Source of the DNA: Planctomycetota bacterium
GTDB lineage: Bacteria > Planctomycetota > PLA2 > JAEUHO01
Direction of reading: 5' to 3'
Assembly (NCBI GenBank): GCA_050248855.1
Contig: JBFWRP010000005.1
Coordinates: 139,379 to 203,378, forward strand
Length of the DNA: 64,000 nt
The notes beneath the pieces are model-generated. The model did not search any database and was not told where the DNA came from. It saw only the letters and a program-made list of their open reading frames with translations. Each line of letters starts with the position of its first letter. The first letter of the stretch is position 1. Positions 51,517-60,604 of the stretch are shown here, one piece after another. The position numbers were made by a program, and so were the translations under genes.

Positions 51517-52451
51517 CGACGCACGCCGCTCACCGACCGGCCCGCGAAGCGGTGCGCGCGCTCCACGCGGCGCGACCTCGGTCGTGGTTCGTGCGCGGCA
51601 GCCTCGCGGCCTTCACGCTCCTGCTCGTGGTGGCCCCCCTCGTGGCGGACCTGGACACCGGCAGCCGCAGCCCCGAGCGCCGCCGCGCCAACCTCGAGCG
51701 CTTCGCCCGCGAGATCCGCCCGGCCCCCGTGCGCGACGGCGAGTTCGACCTCGGCAAGGTCGCTGCCTGGGCCGGCGAGCGGATGGGCGAAGGCGGCGGC
51801 GCGGAGGCGACGGCCACGACCGCCGCCATCTCGATCCTGGCGATCGTGCTGGCCGGCTTCTTCGGGGCGCTGCTCGCCGTGTTCGCCGCGCGCAACCTGA
51901 TGGCGCCGGCTCCCTTCGGCCTGACGTCGTGGCAGCCCGGCCCCCTGCGCCGCCTGGCGAGCGGCCTCGTGATCGGCGGAACGCGCTTCGTGCTGGTGCT
52001 GCTGCGCTGCCTGCCGGAGTACCTGCTCGCGTTCCTGTTCCTGGCCATCTTCGGGTTCACGGCGTGGCCGGCCGTGCTGGCCCTGGCCGTCCACAACACG
52101 GGCATCCTCGGGCGCCTTGACGCCGAGGCCATCGAGAACGTCGACGCCAAGCCGGCCCGGGCCTTGCGCGACCTGGGCGGCGGTCGCTACACGCTCGCGG
52201 CCGCCGCGGTCTTTCCCGCCGTGCTGCCGCGCGGACTGCTCTACCTCTTCTACCGCTGGGAGACCTGCGTTCGCGAGGCCACCGTGCTGGGCCTGCTCAA
52301 CATCCCGTCGCTCGGCCTGCTCATCGAGGACAGCAAGTCGCGCATGCGCCAAGACGACCTGCTCTTCTACGTCCTCGTGGCCGCGGCCCTCGTGCTGGTC
52401 GGCGACCTGGTCTCCTCGTGGCTCCGGCACCTCGTACGTCGCGCGTCGTAG
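51513..52451 (+). CDS. PhnE-like ABC permease
   Basis: RCLPEY, ALAVHNTGILGRL, YRWETCVREATVLG. Confidence 0.88.
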   Translation: MTTHAAHRPAREAVRALHAARPRSWFVRGSLAAFTLLLVVAPLVADLDTGSRSPERRRANLERFAREIRPAPVRDGEFDLGKVAAWAGERMGEGGGAEATATTAAISILAIVLAGFFGALLAVFAARNLMAPAPFGLTSWQPGPLRRLASGLVIGGTRFVLVLLRCLPEYLLAFLFLAIFGFTAWPAVLALAVHNTGILGRLDAEAIENVDAKPARALRDLGGGRYTLAAAAVFPAVLPRGLLYLFYRWETCVREATVLGLLNIPSLGLLIEDSKSRMRQDDLLFYVLVAAALVLVGDLVSSWLRHLVRRAS

Positions 52452-52480
52452 GGGCCCGCGCGGTTCGCGGACGTAGGCTG

Positions 52481-52984
52481 ATGCCCTCGATGCACCCCGC
52501 CGCCCTGGACGACGACGCCTTGCTGGCCACGTGCGAGCTCTCCAAGACCCGCCGCAGCGGGCCGGGCGGCCAGCACCGCAACAAGGTCGAGACCGCGGTC
52601 GTCATCCGCCACCTGCCCAGCGGCCTCGTCGCGGAGGCCAGCGAGCGCCGCTCGGCCAGCGAGAACCGCCGCGTGGCCCTCGGACGCCTGCGTCTGGCGC
52701 TGGCGCTGGGCGTGCGCACCCCCCACACGGAGCCGAGCGCGCTCTGGCGCTCGCGTGTGGAGGACGGACGCCTCGCGGTCAACAAGCGGCATCCCGACGT
52801 GCCCGCGCTGGTCGCCGAAGCGCTCGACGTGCTGGCCGACGAGCAGGGCGAGGCCCCCGCGGCGGCCGCGCGCCTGGGCATCCGCACCAGCCCCCTCGTG
52901 CGTCTCCTGGCGATCGAGCCCAAGGCGCTCGCCCTGGTGAACCGCTGGCGCGAAGCGCGTGGACGCCCCGCCCTGAAGGCCTGA
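52481..52984 (+). CDS. Small peptide-chain-release-factor-like protein (GGQ domain)
   Basis: RRSGPGGQHRNKVETAVVIRHLPSG...ERRS..NR; start may be 52490. Confidence 0.85.
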   Translation: MPSMHPAALDDDALLATCELSKTRRSGPGGQHRNKVETAVVIRHLPSGLVAEASERRSASENRRVALGRLRLALALGVRTPHTEPSALWRSRVEDGRLAVNKRHPDVPALVAEALDVLADEQGEAPAAAARLGIRTSPLVRLLAIEPKALALVNRWREARGRPALKA

Positions 52985-53041
52985 CTCCTTGACGTATGCT
53001 CCGCAGGCCGCGACGACACCTCGACGCGCCCGGAGCCCCCG

Positions 53042-54532
53042 ATGAAGAAGCTCGTGACCGTCGCGCTGTTGGCAACGTGGGGCCTGGTGGCTTGTCCCGC
53101 GCCGGCCCGGGCAGGCGACGAGCCGCTTCCGTGGAAGGACGACGCCGAGCTCGCCGCATGGCTGGACGCCGCCTGCACGGCCGTCGAGGCCGACACCGGG
53201 GAGTCTTTCAAGAGCCGCCCGACCATTCGCGTCAGCGACCGCGGCACGATCCGGAAGGTACTGCTGGGGGAGCTCGAGGACTTCGATCCACGGGCGATCA
53301 GCCCGGAGGAGGCCGAAGAGGCGGCCAACATGCTGTCCGGTGCGCTCATGGCCAAGTACGCCCCGGACACCAACGTGGTGCACGTCCAGGCGGATGCGGT
53401 CCACCTGGTCGGACGCATGCAGCCGTCCAGGGGCAAGCTCACGGCCGATCACATGCGTGTGCTGCTCGTGCACGAGGCCACGCACGCGTTGGACTTCAGC
53501 GTGCACGACCTGCACGCGCGCATGAAGGCGTGCACGACGGCCGGTGAGCTGCAGGCAATCGGCGCCGTCAGCGAGGGGCACGCCCAGTTCGTGGCGTGGC
53601 GCGTGGCGAAGACCTGGGGGCTCGAGGCGGCCTTCGATCGCGTCACGTACGGCATCACGGGTGAGCCCGAAGACGCGCCCGAAGCGATGCGCGTCGCGTT
53701 GGCCGCGGTCCTGGCGGCGTTCCGCTTCCCCTACGAGCAAGGCCTCTCCTTCTTCCAGGCCGTGTTCGCAGCCCAGGGGCTGGAAGGCGTTCGCGCGGCG
53801 CTGGCCCAGCCCCCGTCCGACCCGGCGTGGATCGAGCAGCCCGAGCGCTGGCTCGACCCGTCCAAGCGCGGCAATGCGATCGACCTTGCGGCGGTGATCA
53901 AGACCACCGCCGGACTCTTCGCCGCCGAGCCCTGGACCACCACGCAGGGCCCCGTGCTGCGGGCGCAGCTCGCGAGCCAGGCGGGTCGCTTGCCCGAGGA
54001 GCGCCGCGCGGGGTTCCTCGGCGGCTTCGAGAACGGGGCGGTGCTCGTAGCCCAGGTGCCCGGTGTTGAGGGTCAGGCCATCCTCATGGCGGTGGGCTTC
54101 AAGACGCTGGAGGACGCCCAGCGCTACGAGACCGACGGGCGCCTGCTGCTCGACGGGTCGCAAGCACTCGTCGAGGCGATGGGCCTCGAGTTCGACGAGC
54201 CCGTTCGGGAGGAGGGCCTTGGCCCGGAGGCGGCGTGGCCGGGGGTCTATGCCGAGCGGCGGGTGGGGCAAGCTGGTCGCATGCAGCTCATCCGCATCGC
54301 CGCCATGCGCCGGGAGCGCGTCGTCCTCGAGCTGGTCAGCATGAGCCTCCCGGCCGTGGACCGCGCGGTGCTCGAGCGTGCGCTCGTGCGCTTGGTGGCG
54401 GCCATCGATGCGCCCGCAGAGCTCGACAAGCTGCCTCTTCTCGAGCCGGTCCCGATACCCGTCACGGCGACGGAGGAAGAGCCCGAGACGGCGACGGAGG
54501 AAGAGCCCGAGCCCGCCGGAGCGGACCGATGA
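53042..54532 (+). CDS. Secreted putative zinc metallopeptidase
   Basis: Signal peptide; VHEATHALD...AVSEGHA (HExxH plus downstream E); FPYEQG. Confidence 0.72.
   Translation: MKKLVTVALLATWGLVACPAPARAGDEPLPWKDDAELAAWLDAACTAVEADTGESFKSRPTIRVSDRGTIRKVLLGELEDFDPRAISPEEAEEAANMLSGALMAKYAPDTNVVHVQADAVHLVGRMQPSRGKLTADHMRVLLVHEATHALDFSVHDLHARMKACTTAGELQAIGAVSEGHAQFVAWRVAKTWGLEAAFDRVTYGITGEPEDAPEAMRVALAAVLAAFRFPYEQGLSFFQAVFAAQGLEGVRAALAQPPSDPAWIEQPERWLDPSKRGNAIDLAAVIKTTAGLFAAEPWTTTQGPVLRAQLASQAGRLPEERRAGFLGGFENGAVLVAQVPGVEGQAILMAVGFKTLEDAQRYETDGRLLLDGSQALVEAMGLEFDEPVREEGLGPEAAWPGVYAERRVGQAGRMQLIRIAAMRRERVVLELVSMSLPAVDRAVLERALVRLVAAIDAPAELDKLPLLEPVPIPVTATEEEPETATEEEPEPAGADR
54464..54511 (+). repeat. 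Perfect 24-nt tandem duplication (TATEEEPE x2)
   Basis: ACGGCGACGGAGGAAGAGCCCGAG twice. Confidence 0.85.
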
Positions 54533-54975
54533 GACCCCCCCTGGTGCTGGCCGCGGTGCTGCTGCTGGCCGGCTGTGGCGAGGAGAACCCCGCACGGCCC
54601 TCGACGCCCCCTGCGGGCGCCGCCGCCGTCGGCGATCGCGTGCTGGTCGATCGCGAGGTCCCTGCCGCGTTCGCCCGTCTGGCCGCACCGGTCGACGAGG
54701 CCGAGGTCCTGCGCTGGATCGAGGCGCTGGAGGCCCACGCCCGAGCCCACCCCGGCGAGAAGATGCCGGTAGCGGGGGGCGACATCGTGTTGAAGGGCCT
54801 GGTGGAGGCGAAGTTCCGCTTCCTCGAGTCCGACCTGCCCGTCCCGGCGCCCACGGGCACCCCGGGCATCACGTCCCTGGCCGAGCGGGACTTCCTCCAA
54901 GGCCTGCTCAGCCGGTACCGCGCGGTCGCTCCCCGGGACGTCGCCCCCGGGGCTACGGGCCCTGACGGACGTTAG
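54529..54975 (+). CDS. Hypothetical lipoprotein
   Basis: ATGA overlap; lipobox LLAGC. Confidence 0.72.
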   Translation: MRPPLVLAAVLLLAGCGEENPARPSTPPAGAAAVGDRVLVDREVPAAFARLAAPVDEAEVLRWIEALEAHARAHPGEKMPVAGGDIVLKGLVEAKFRFLESDLPVPAPTGTPGITSLAERDFLQGLLSRYRAVAPRDVAPGATGPDGR

Positions 54976-55180
54976 GGCGCCCTGCGGTGCGGAACCCGGC
55001 GATCGGGACTACCGTCCGACCTCCGGCCGGGCACCTCGATCTCCGATGGTGTTCCCGCGTCCTTCATCCGCTTACCTTGGCGGCGCCCAGGGGGGCAGGG
55101 ATCGGCCAACCGGATCCGTTTCCGTCGTTCGTTTGACGTCACCGCTGGCGCGCCCCGTCGCGTCGCGTGTGGGAGATGCC

Positions 55181-55924
55181 ATGAAGAACCTTCTCGGTTT
55201 CGCGGGCGTGACGGCAGGTGCCGTCGCGCTGCTCCTCGTTTCCGGCGGGCCCACGAGCCTCGCCGGCGGTTGCTGAGGTCGTTCGCCGGCCAGTATGGCC
55301 GTCCTCAACAAGACCTGGGAGCGCATCTCCCGCGTCAGCCCGAAGGAAGCGGCTGTCGTCACGGGCGAGTCGGCCAGCGAGGCCGAAGGTGCCGCGGACG
55401 AGCCCACCGTCTACCCGCAGCCGTGGCTGGTGTACGTCCCCGACGAGAGCGGGGCAGAGGCCTTCGACAAGGCCGAGAAGGTCGTGCTGATGGACGACAA
55501 GGTCTGCATCGGCATGTGGGCCTTCAAGTGCGTCAAGATGAACGACGAAGAGGCCAAGGCCGACCCGCTGCTCGCCAAGGGCTCCGAGATCCCGCGCTTC
55601 TACGTCGTGCACCGTGACCTCTCCAAGGTCAAGCTCATCGAGGGCAGCGACATGAGCGCGAAGAAGCTCTTCAGCGCCATGGAGTCGGCTTCGAACGACG
55701 CCTACAAGCAGAAGCTCGAGAAGAACGTCAAGTCGGTGCTGAAGATCCTCAACGAGTTCGACAAGATCAACAACGAGCGCCGCGTCCTCGACGAGAAGAA
55801 GGCCCGCGACGGTGGCGAGGTCGACAAGAAGATGGAGCGCGACATCGCCGAGCTTGACGAGCGCGAGAAGAAGGCCAACGAAGAGAAGGCCGAGCTGCTG
55901 AACTTCGAGCTCAAGGACGCCTGA
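55181..55924 (+). CDS. Putative secreted selenoprotein C (C31-U32, GCUG motif)
   Basis: GGGAG RBS; MKNLLGFAGVTAGAVALLLVSGGPTSLAGGC-TGA(55274-55276)-GRSPASMAVLNKTW; joins track ORFs 55046..55276 and 55295..55924, which share a frame. Confidence 0.85.
55277..55315 (+). promoter_or_regulatory. SECIS-like hairpin of paralog C
   Basis: Upper stem CGGCCA-GUA-UGGCCG (55287-55301); lower stem GGUCGUU/AAC(AA)GACC. Confidence 0.72.
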
Positions 55925-56025
55925 TCGACGTTCGCTTCGGCCCGGGCCCCGGCCCGGGCTGACCTGATCCCCCTCCAGACTTTGTTCTCGCCGCGGGCTA
56001 CCCTCACGCCGGGAGGCCCGCTGGC

Positions 56026-57669
56026 GTGATCGACCTCGTGACCCGCATTCCCTTGGCGGGGCTCATGTTGGTGGTGGCGCTGGGCTTCCTGCTCGGGCGC
56101 CTGACGTGGCGCGGGCTGGCGCTGGGACCGGCTGGCGGCACGCTGCTGGTGGCACTGGGCTTCGGCAGCCTCGGCCTGCACCTCGACGCCCTCTACGGCA
56201 CCGACACGCCGCGGCTCACGATCGGAGACTTCGGCTTCGCGCTGTTCATCTACAGCGTGGGCTTCGAAGCCGGGCCGCGCTTCTTCGCCAGCCTCAAGGG
56301 CGGCGCGGGCTGGCGCTTCGTCGTGCTCGGCCTGCTCGTCAACGTGTTCGCGATGGGTGCCTCGGTCGCGTGGGGCACGATCTTCCGCCTCGGCGATGCG
56401 GTCACCGCCGGCGTGCTGGCCGGCGCACTCACGAGCACCCCCACGTTCGCGGCGGCCGAGGCCGTCTGCAGCGACCCGAACGCCCTGTCGGTCGTCTTCG
56501 CGTTCGCCTACCCCGTGGGCCTCACCGGCCTCGTGCTCATCGTGCAGTGGCTGCCGCGCCGCCTGGGCCAGGACCTGGGCCCGACCGGCGACGGCGATAG
56601 CCACGAAGTCGCAACCGGCCCTCGCGGTCCCGAGCTGACGCGCGTGTTCGAGGTCCAGCACGCCGACGCGATCGGCCGACCGCTGCGCGAGCTCGGCCTG
56701 TCGCGCGAGACCGGCTGCTGGATCACCACGCTCCACCGCGGTGTGTCCTTCGAGCCCGCCCGCGCCGACACGGTGCTGGAGGCCGGCGACCACCTCATGG
56801 TCCGTGGACGCCTCGACGAGCTGACGCGCTTCGGCGAGCTCGTCGGCCCCGAGGTCTACGACGATGAGCTGCGGCGACGGTTGCCGTCCCCGCGCCGCGT
56901 GGTGGTGACGGCGTCCGACGCCGTCGGCCAGACGCTCGAGGGCCTCGCGCTGCCCCGGCGCTTCGGCCTCGCCGTGCTGGGCGTGGAGCGCGGGGACGTC
57001 GTGCTCGAAGCGCGTGCCGACCTGGCCGTGGAGCAAGGCGACGTGCTACGGCTCGTCGGCCCACGCGGCGGCATTCGCGAGGCCGGCCGGACGCTGGGGC
57101 GCCTCGAACGCCTCGCCACCGAGACCGACATCGCCGTCTACGCCGGCGGCATCCTGCTGGGCCTGCTCGTCGGGCAGGTGCGCGTCGACCTCGGTCGTTT
57201 CGATCTGACGCTGGGCACCGCCGGCGGCCTGCTGCTCGCCGGGATCCTGCTCGGCCGCTTCCGGCGCATCGGCCCCTTCTCGACGAACGTGCCCGCGCCC
57301 GCCCGCCAGCTGGTGCGCGACCTGGGCATCTTGCTGTTCACGGCCGAGGCCGGCGTGCGCGCGGGCGCGGCCCCCTTCGCGCCCATGCGCGACGTGCTGC
57401 TGCCTGCACTGGGCGGGGCGGCGGTCGTCACGCTCGTCGCCGTGCTGCTCACCGTGTTCACGGCGCGCGTGGCGTTCAAGCGCCTCGCACCCGTCCACGT
57501 CTGGGGCAGCATTGGAGGCGGCATGACCTCGTCGGCCGCGCTGGCGACCATCCGTCGCGCCGCCGACGACAGCAACGAGCCCGCGCTCAGCTACGCGGCG
57601 GCCTATGCCGTGGCGAGCGTGTTCGTGACGCTGGCGGGCCAGCTGATCGTGCGCTTCATGGCGGGGTGA
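56026..57669 (+). CDS. AspT/YidE/YbjL-family antiporter with TrkA-C domains
   Basis: ALFIYSVGFEAGPRFF, AGALTSTP, two TrkA-C repeats, GGMTSSAAL. Confidence 0.9.
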   Translation: MIDLVTRIPLAGLMLVVALGFLLGRLTWRGLALGPAGGTLLVALGFGSLGLHLDALYGTDTPRLTIGDFGFALFIYSVGFEAGPRFFASLKGGAGWRFVVLGLLVNVFAMGASVAWGTIFRLGDAVTAGVLAGALTSTPTFAAAEAVCSDPNALSVVFAFAYPVGLTGLVLIVQWLPRRLGQDLGPTGDGDSHEVATGPRGPELTRVFEVQHADAIGRPLRELGLSRETGCWITTLHRGVSFEPARADTVLEAGDHLMVRGRLDELTRFGELVGPEVYDDELRRRLPSPRRVVVTASDAVGQTLEGLALPRRFGLAVLGVERGDVVLEARADLAVEQGDVLRLVGPRGGIREAGRTLGRLERLATETDIAVYAGGILLGLLVGQVRVDLGRFDLTLGTAGGLLLAGILLGRFRRIGPFSTNVPAPARQLVRDLGILLFTAEAGVRAGAAPFAPMRDVLLPALGGAAVVTLVAVLLTVFTARVAFKRLAPVHVWGSIGGGMTSSAALATIRRAADDSNEPALSYAAAYAVASVFVTLAGQLIVRFMAG

Positions 57670-57686
57670 GCCGCGGCGGGGCGACA

Positions 57687-59345
57687 TCAAGGCACTTCGA
57701 AGCGCCGCACCTCGCCCGCCGCGACCTCCACCTCCACCGTTCCCACGCGCCACCGACCGACGCGCACTTCGAAGCGCACGGGCCCCGGGGGCAGCGGCCC
57801 GATGCGCGGATGGCCGCCTGCGAGGACGGCGGCTCGCACAACGACCCCCTCGGGGGTCAAGACCGGTAACGGCACGCCATCCGCGTGCACGAGGCGCAAG
57901 GGCGCGCTGCCGCTGGACGTCACGCCCTCCAAGCGAACGAGCGGGACGACGTAGCCGGCAGGCACGAGCTCGACCTCGGCCCGTGCCCCCACCGCAAGCT
58001 CCACGGGACCTGCGGCCCGCGACTCGCCGCTGGCCGCGTCGGGCACGGCATAGACATAGGCCTGGAACGGGCCGCTGCCGTCCGCGTTGTAGAGGCGCAC
58101 CTCGAGGGCGCGTGGCCCCTCGTGGGTCCCGGTCGCCGCGGCTTCCCGGCCGACGAGGTCGTCGGACCGCGCGGGATCCGCTCCGTACGCACCGTAGACA
58201 CCCTCGAACCCGGCGGGCAGGCCGCGGACGGCGAGCGGAAGGAGGCGCGCCTCGGCCTCGTCCCCGCGCGATGCTCCCTCCGGCGCCTCGGCTGGTGGCA
58301 CGGCGAAGAGGAGTCGGCGCACGGTACCCGGCTCGAGCACGATCTCCTGCCGCTGTTCTTCGAGCCCGTCGCCGAAGGCGCGAGCGACGTACGGTCCCGG
58401 CACCAGGCCCGCAAAGCGCACGAAGCGCCGGTCCGCATCGCCAGGCCGCACGTCCAGCGTCTGGCGCTTCGGGTCGTCGTCGGGACCGCGCAGGTGCACG
58501 ACGACGCGGGCGGTCGCGTGCACGTCCGGGACGGCGATGTGCACGTCCAGGGTCGCCGCCCGAACCCACGAGACGACCAGCAGTGGATCGATCGTCACGA
58601 ACGTGCGCGGCGCAAAGGGGACCCATGCCGGCGACGCGTCCCCGCTGCCGCTTGCCGGAGCGTCCACGCGCAAGCCGACGACGGTAGGCTCGCCGATGGG
58701 CCGCTCGCAGAACTGGCGGAACGCCCCGCGCCACCCACCCAGCTTGACCGTGAAGGTGCGTTGCTCACCGCGTCCGGGCAGACGGCGCCGCCCGGGCCGC
58801 CCGTCGTCCCCGGCGAGCACGGTGACGGCGAGCGCGTCGTCCGGCCAGGCACCGTCCAGCGCCGCCAGTCGGAGCGGTGCCAGGCGATCGGGACGCTGGA
58901 GGGCAACCGACGGCGCGTCGCCGGCGCCGATGTCCACGTCGCCAGCCAACACGGACCACGCGTGCTCCAACGGCACGAAGCCGATGTCGTAGCGACCCGC
59001 GAAGGGCACGCGCAGGGTGGCCTCGCGCGCGCCCGTGACGAGGACCTCGGGGACGACCTCGGGCTCGTCAACGCCCGGGCCCCCGGCCTCCAGGGCGTAC
59101 ACGGTGCCGGCGTAGGGCTGGCCGGCGGCGTCCACGGGTACGACGACGTGGACCGGTAGACCGGCCGGCACGAACGGCGTCGCCGGCGCGGGCCCCGCCT
59201 TCGGCCTCTCCAACGCCGTCGTCGCCCCCCGCCCCGCGGGCGGCGCGTGGCGCGACACTGCCACGAACACGCCCACGACGACGAGCAGCGCGCCCACGAT
59301 CCACGGCACAAGCGAGCGGCGCGCGGGAGCGGCGTCCGGGTCCAT
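57687..59345 (-). CDS. Membrane-anchored beta-sandwich repeat protein
   Basis: N-terminal TM; GLVPGPY and GPLPPGP motifs. Confidence 0.68.
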   Translation of the reverse strand: MDPDAAPARRSLVPWIVGALLVVVGVFVAVSRHAPPAGRGATTALERPKAGPAPATPFVPAGLPVHVVVPVDAAGQPYAGTVYALEAGGPGVDEPEVVPEVLVTGAREATLRVPFAGRYDIGFVPLEHAWSVLAGDVDIGAGDAPSVALQRPDRLAPLRLAALDGAWPDDALAVTVLAGDDGRPGRRRLPGRGEQRTFTVKLGGWRGAFRQFCERPIGEPTVVGLRVDAPASGSGDASPAWVPFAPRTFVTIDPLLVVSWVRAATLDVHIAVPDVHATARVVVHLRGPDDDPKRQTLDVRPGDADRRFVRFAGLVPGPYVARAFGDGLEEQRQEIVLEPGTVRRLLFAVPPAEAPEGASRGDEAEARLLPLAVRGLPAGFEGVYGAYGADPARSDDLVGREAAATGTHEGPRALEVRLYNADGSGPFQAYVYAVPDAASGESRAAGPVELAVGARAEVELVPAGYVVPLVRLEGVTSSGSAPLRLVHADGVPLPVLTPEGVVVRAAVLAGGHPRIGPLPPGPVRFEVRVGRWRVGTVEVEVAAGEVRRFEVP

Positions 59346-59436
59346 GGACCCCATCCTACGCACCTCCCGCGCAGCGCCGCGGCCCGTGCGCTACCCTCTC
59401 CCGCCCGGCCGCCCCATGGCCGCGAAGGAGAATCCC

Positions 59437-60591
59437 ATGCGTCGCTTTGCCTTCTTGTCTGCCGTGCTGGCGGCCGCTGCCCTGGCCCAGCATGCCCGGG
59501 CCGACGAAGCCCCCGCGAACGAGGCGAAGGCCGCGCCCGAGCGGCTGACGATCGGTGACAAGGCGCCCGACATCGACATCGAGCACTGGGTCAAGGGCGT
59601 GGAGATGGACAAGCGCGGCAAGTTCGAGCCGCTGACGACGTGGGAGCCCGGCCAGGTCTACTTGCTCGAGTTCTGGGCCACGTGGTGTCCGCCGTGCGTC
59701 GGCAGCATGCCGCATCTCTCCGAGCTGCAGGAGAAGCACGCCAAGGACGGGTTCCGCGTGATCGGTGTCAGCGACGAGTCGCTGCCCAAGGTCGTCGAGT
59801 TCCTCTTCAAGACCTACGAGCGCGACGGCAAGGTCCACAACGACCGCACGCACTACACGCTCACCACCGACCCGGACGGCAGCACGCACGCTTCGTTCTT
59901 CCGCGCCGCCGGCCAGCGGGGCATCCCCTGCGGCTTCGTGATCGGCAAGACGGGCGAGGTCGAGTGGATCGGTCACCCCATGCGCGTCGACGACGTCTTG
60001 GAGCAGGTCATCGCCGGCACCTGGGACCGCGAGGCCTTCAAGACGGAGTTCGAGGAGAAGCGTCGCCTCGACGAGCTGCGCACGACGTTCAACGCGGCCT
60101 ACCGCCCCTTGCGTCAGGCCGGTGACTGGGAAGGCTGCTGGAAGGTGCTCGAGGAGCAGGGCGCCGAGCTCCCCAACCTCGAGATGGAGCGCGCGCACGT
60201 GTTGCTCGTGGGCCTCAAGCGCGCCGACGAGGGCTACGCGATCTTGAAGGAGCACGCAGAGGCCTCCAAGGAGAGCCCCCAGGGCCTGAACCGCATCGCC
60301 TGGTGGATCGTGGACACCAAGGACCTCGAGCCCAGGGACCTCGACCTGGCCCAGTCGCTGGCCGAGAAGGCCTGCGAGCTGGCTGAGCACAAGGACCCCT
60401 CGATCCTTGACACGCTGGCCCATGTGCACCACGCCCGCGGCGAGCTGGACAAGGCCATCGAGCTCCAGACCAAGGCCGTCGAGCTGGCCGCCGGCAACGA
60501 GCGCCTGCAGAAGCAGATGGTGAAGGTCCTCGAGACGTGGAAGGCCGAGGCGGAAGAGGCCGGCGCGGATGCCGGAAGCACCGTCGAGTAG
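59437..60591 (+). CDS. Exported TlpA-like thiol-disulfide oxidoreductase with C-terminal TPR
   Basis: AAGGAG RBS, signal peptide, EFWATWCPPC, GIP, WIGHP, LDTLA. Confidence 0.88.
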   Translation: MRRFAFLSAVLAAAALAQHARADEAPANEAKAAPERLTIGDKAPDIDIEHWVKGVEMDKRGKFEPLTTWEPGQVYLLEFWATWCPPCVGSMPHLSELQEKHAKDGFRVIGVSDESLPKVVEFLFKTYERDGKVHNDRTHYTLTTDPDGSTHASFFRAAGQRGIPCGFVIGKTGEVEWIGHPMRVDDVLEQVIAGTWDREAFKTEFEEKRRLDELRTTFNAAYRPLRQAGDWEGCWKVLEEQGAELPNLEMERAHVLLVGLKRADEGYAILKEHAEASKESPQGLNRIAWWIVDTKDLEPRDLDLAQSLAEKACELAEHKDPSILDTLAHVHHARGELDKAIELQTKAVELAAGNERLQKQMVKVLETWKAEAEEAGADAGSTVE

Positions 60592-60604
60592 CGAGCCTGA
60601 CCCG

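Noticed and set aside
48913..52451. Phosphonate utilisation (phn) operon
   Set aside because: No phnG-M or ptxD nearby and binding-protein motifs fit another subfamily; substrate remains unproven.
39820..55276. Genome-wide TGA reassignment (Trp or Gly) as the cause of the in-frame TGAs
   Set aside because: TGA is an ordinary stop for conserved genes here (pccB 3113, biotin carrier 5163, ispH 19697, and paralogs A and C themselves), and Trp is encoded by TGG.
39139..55924. Pseudogenes or sequencing errors in the three paralogs
   Set aside because: Three independent nonsense changes at the same Cys-adjacent site, each with intact RBS, signal peptide and downstream hairpin, are implausible.
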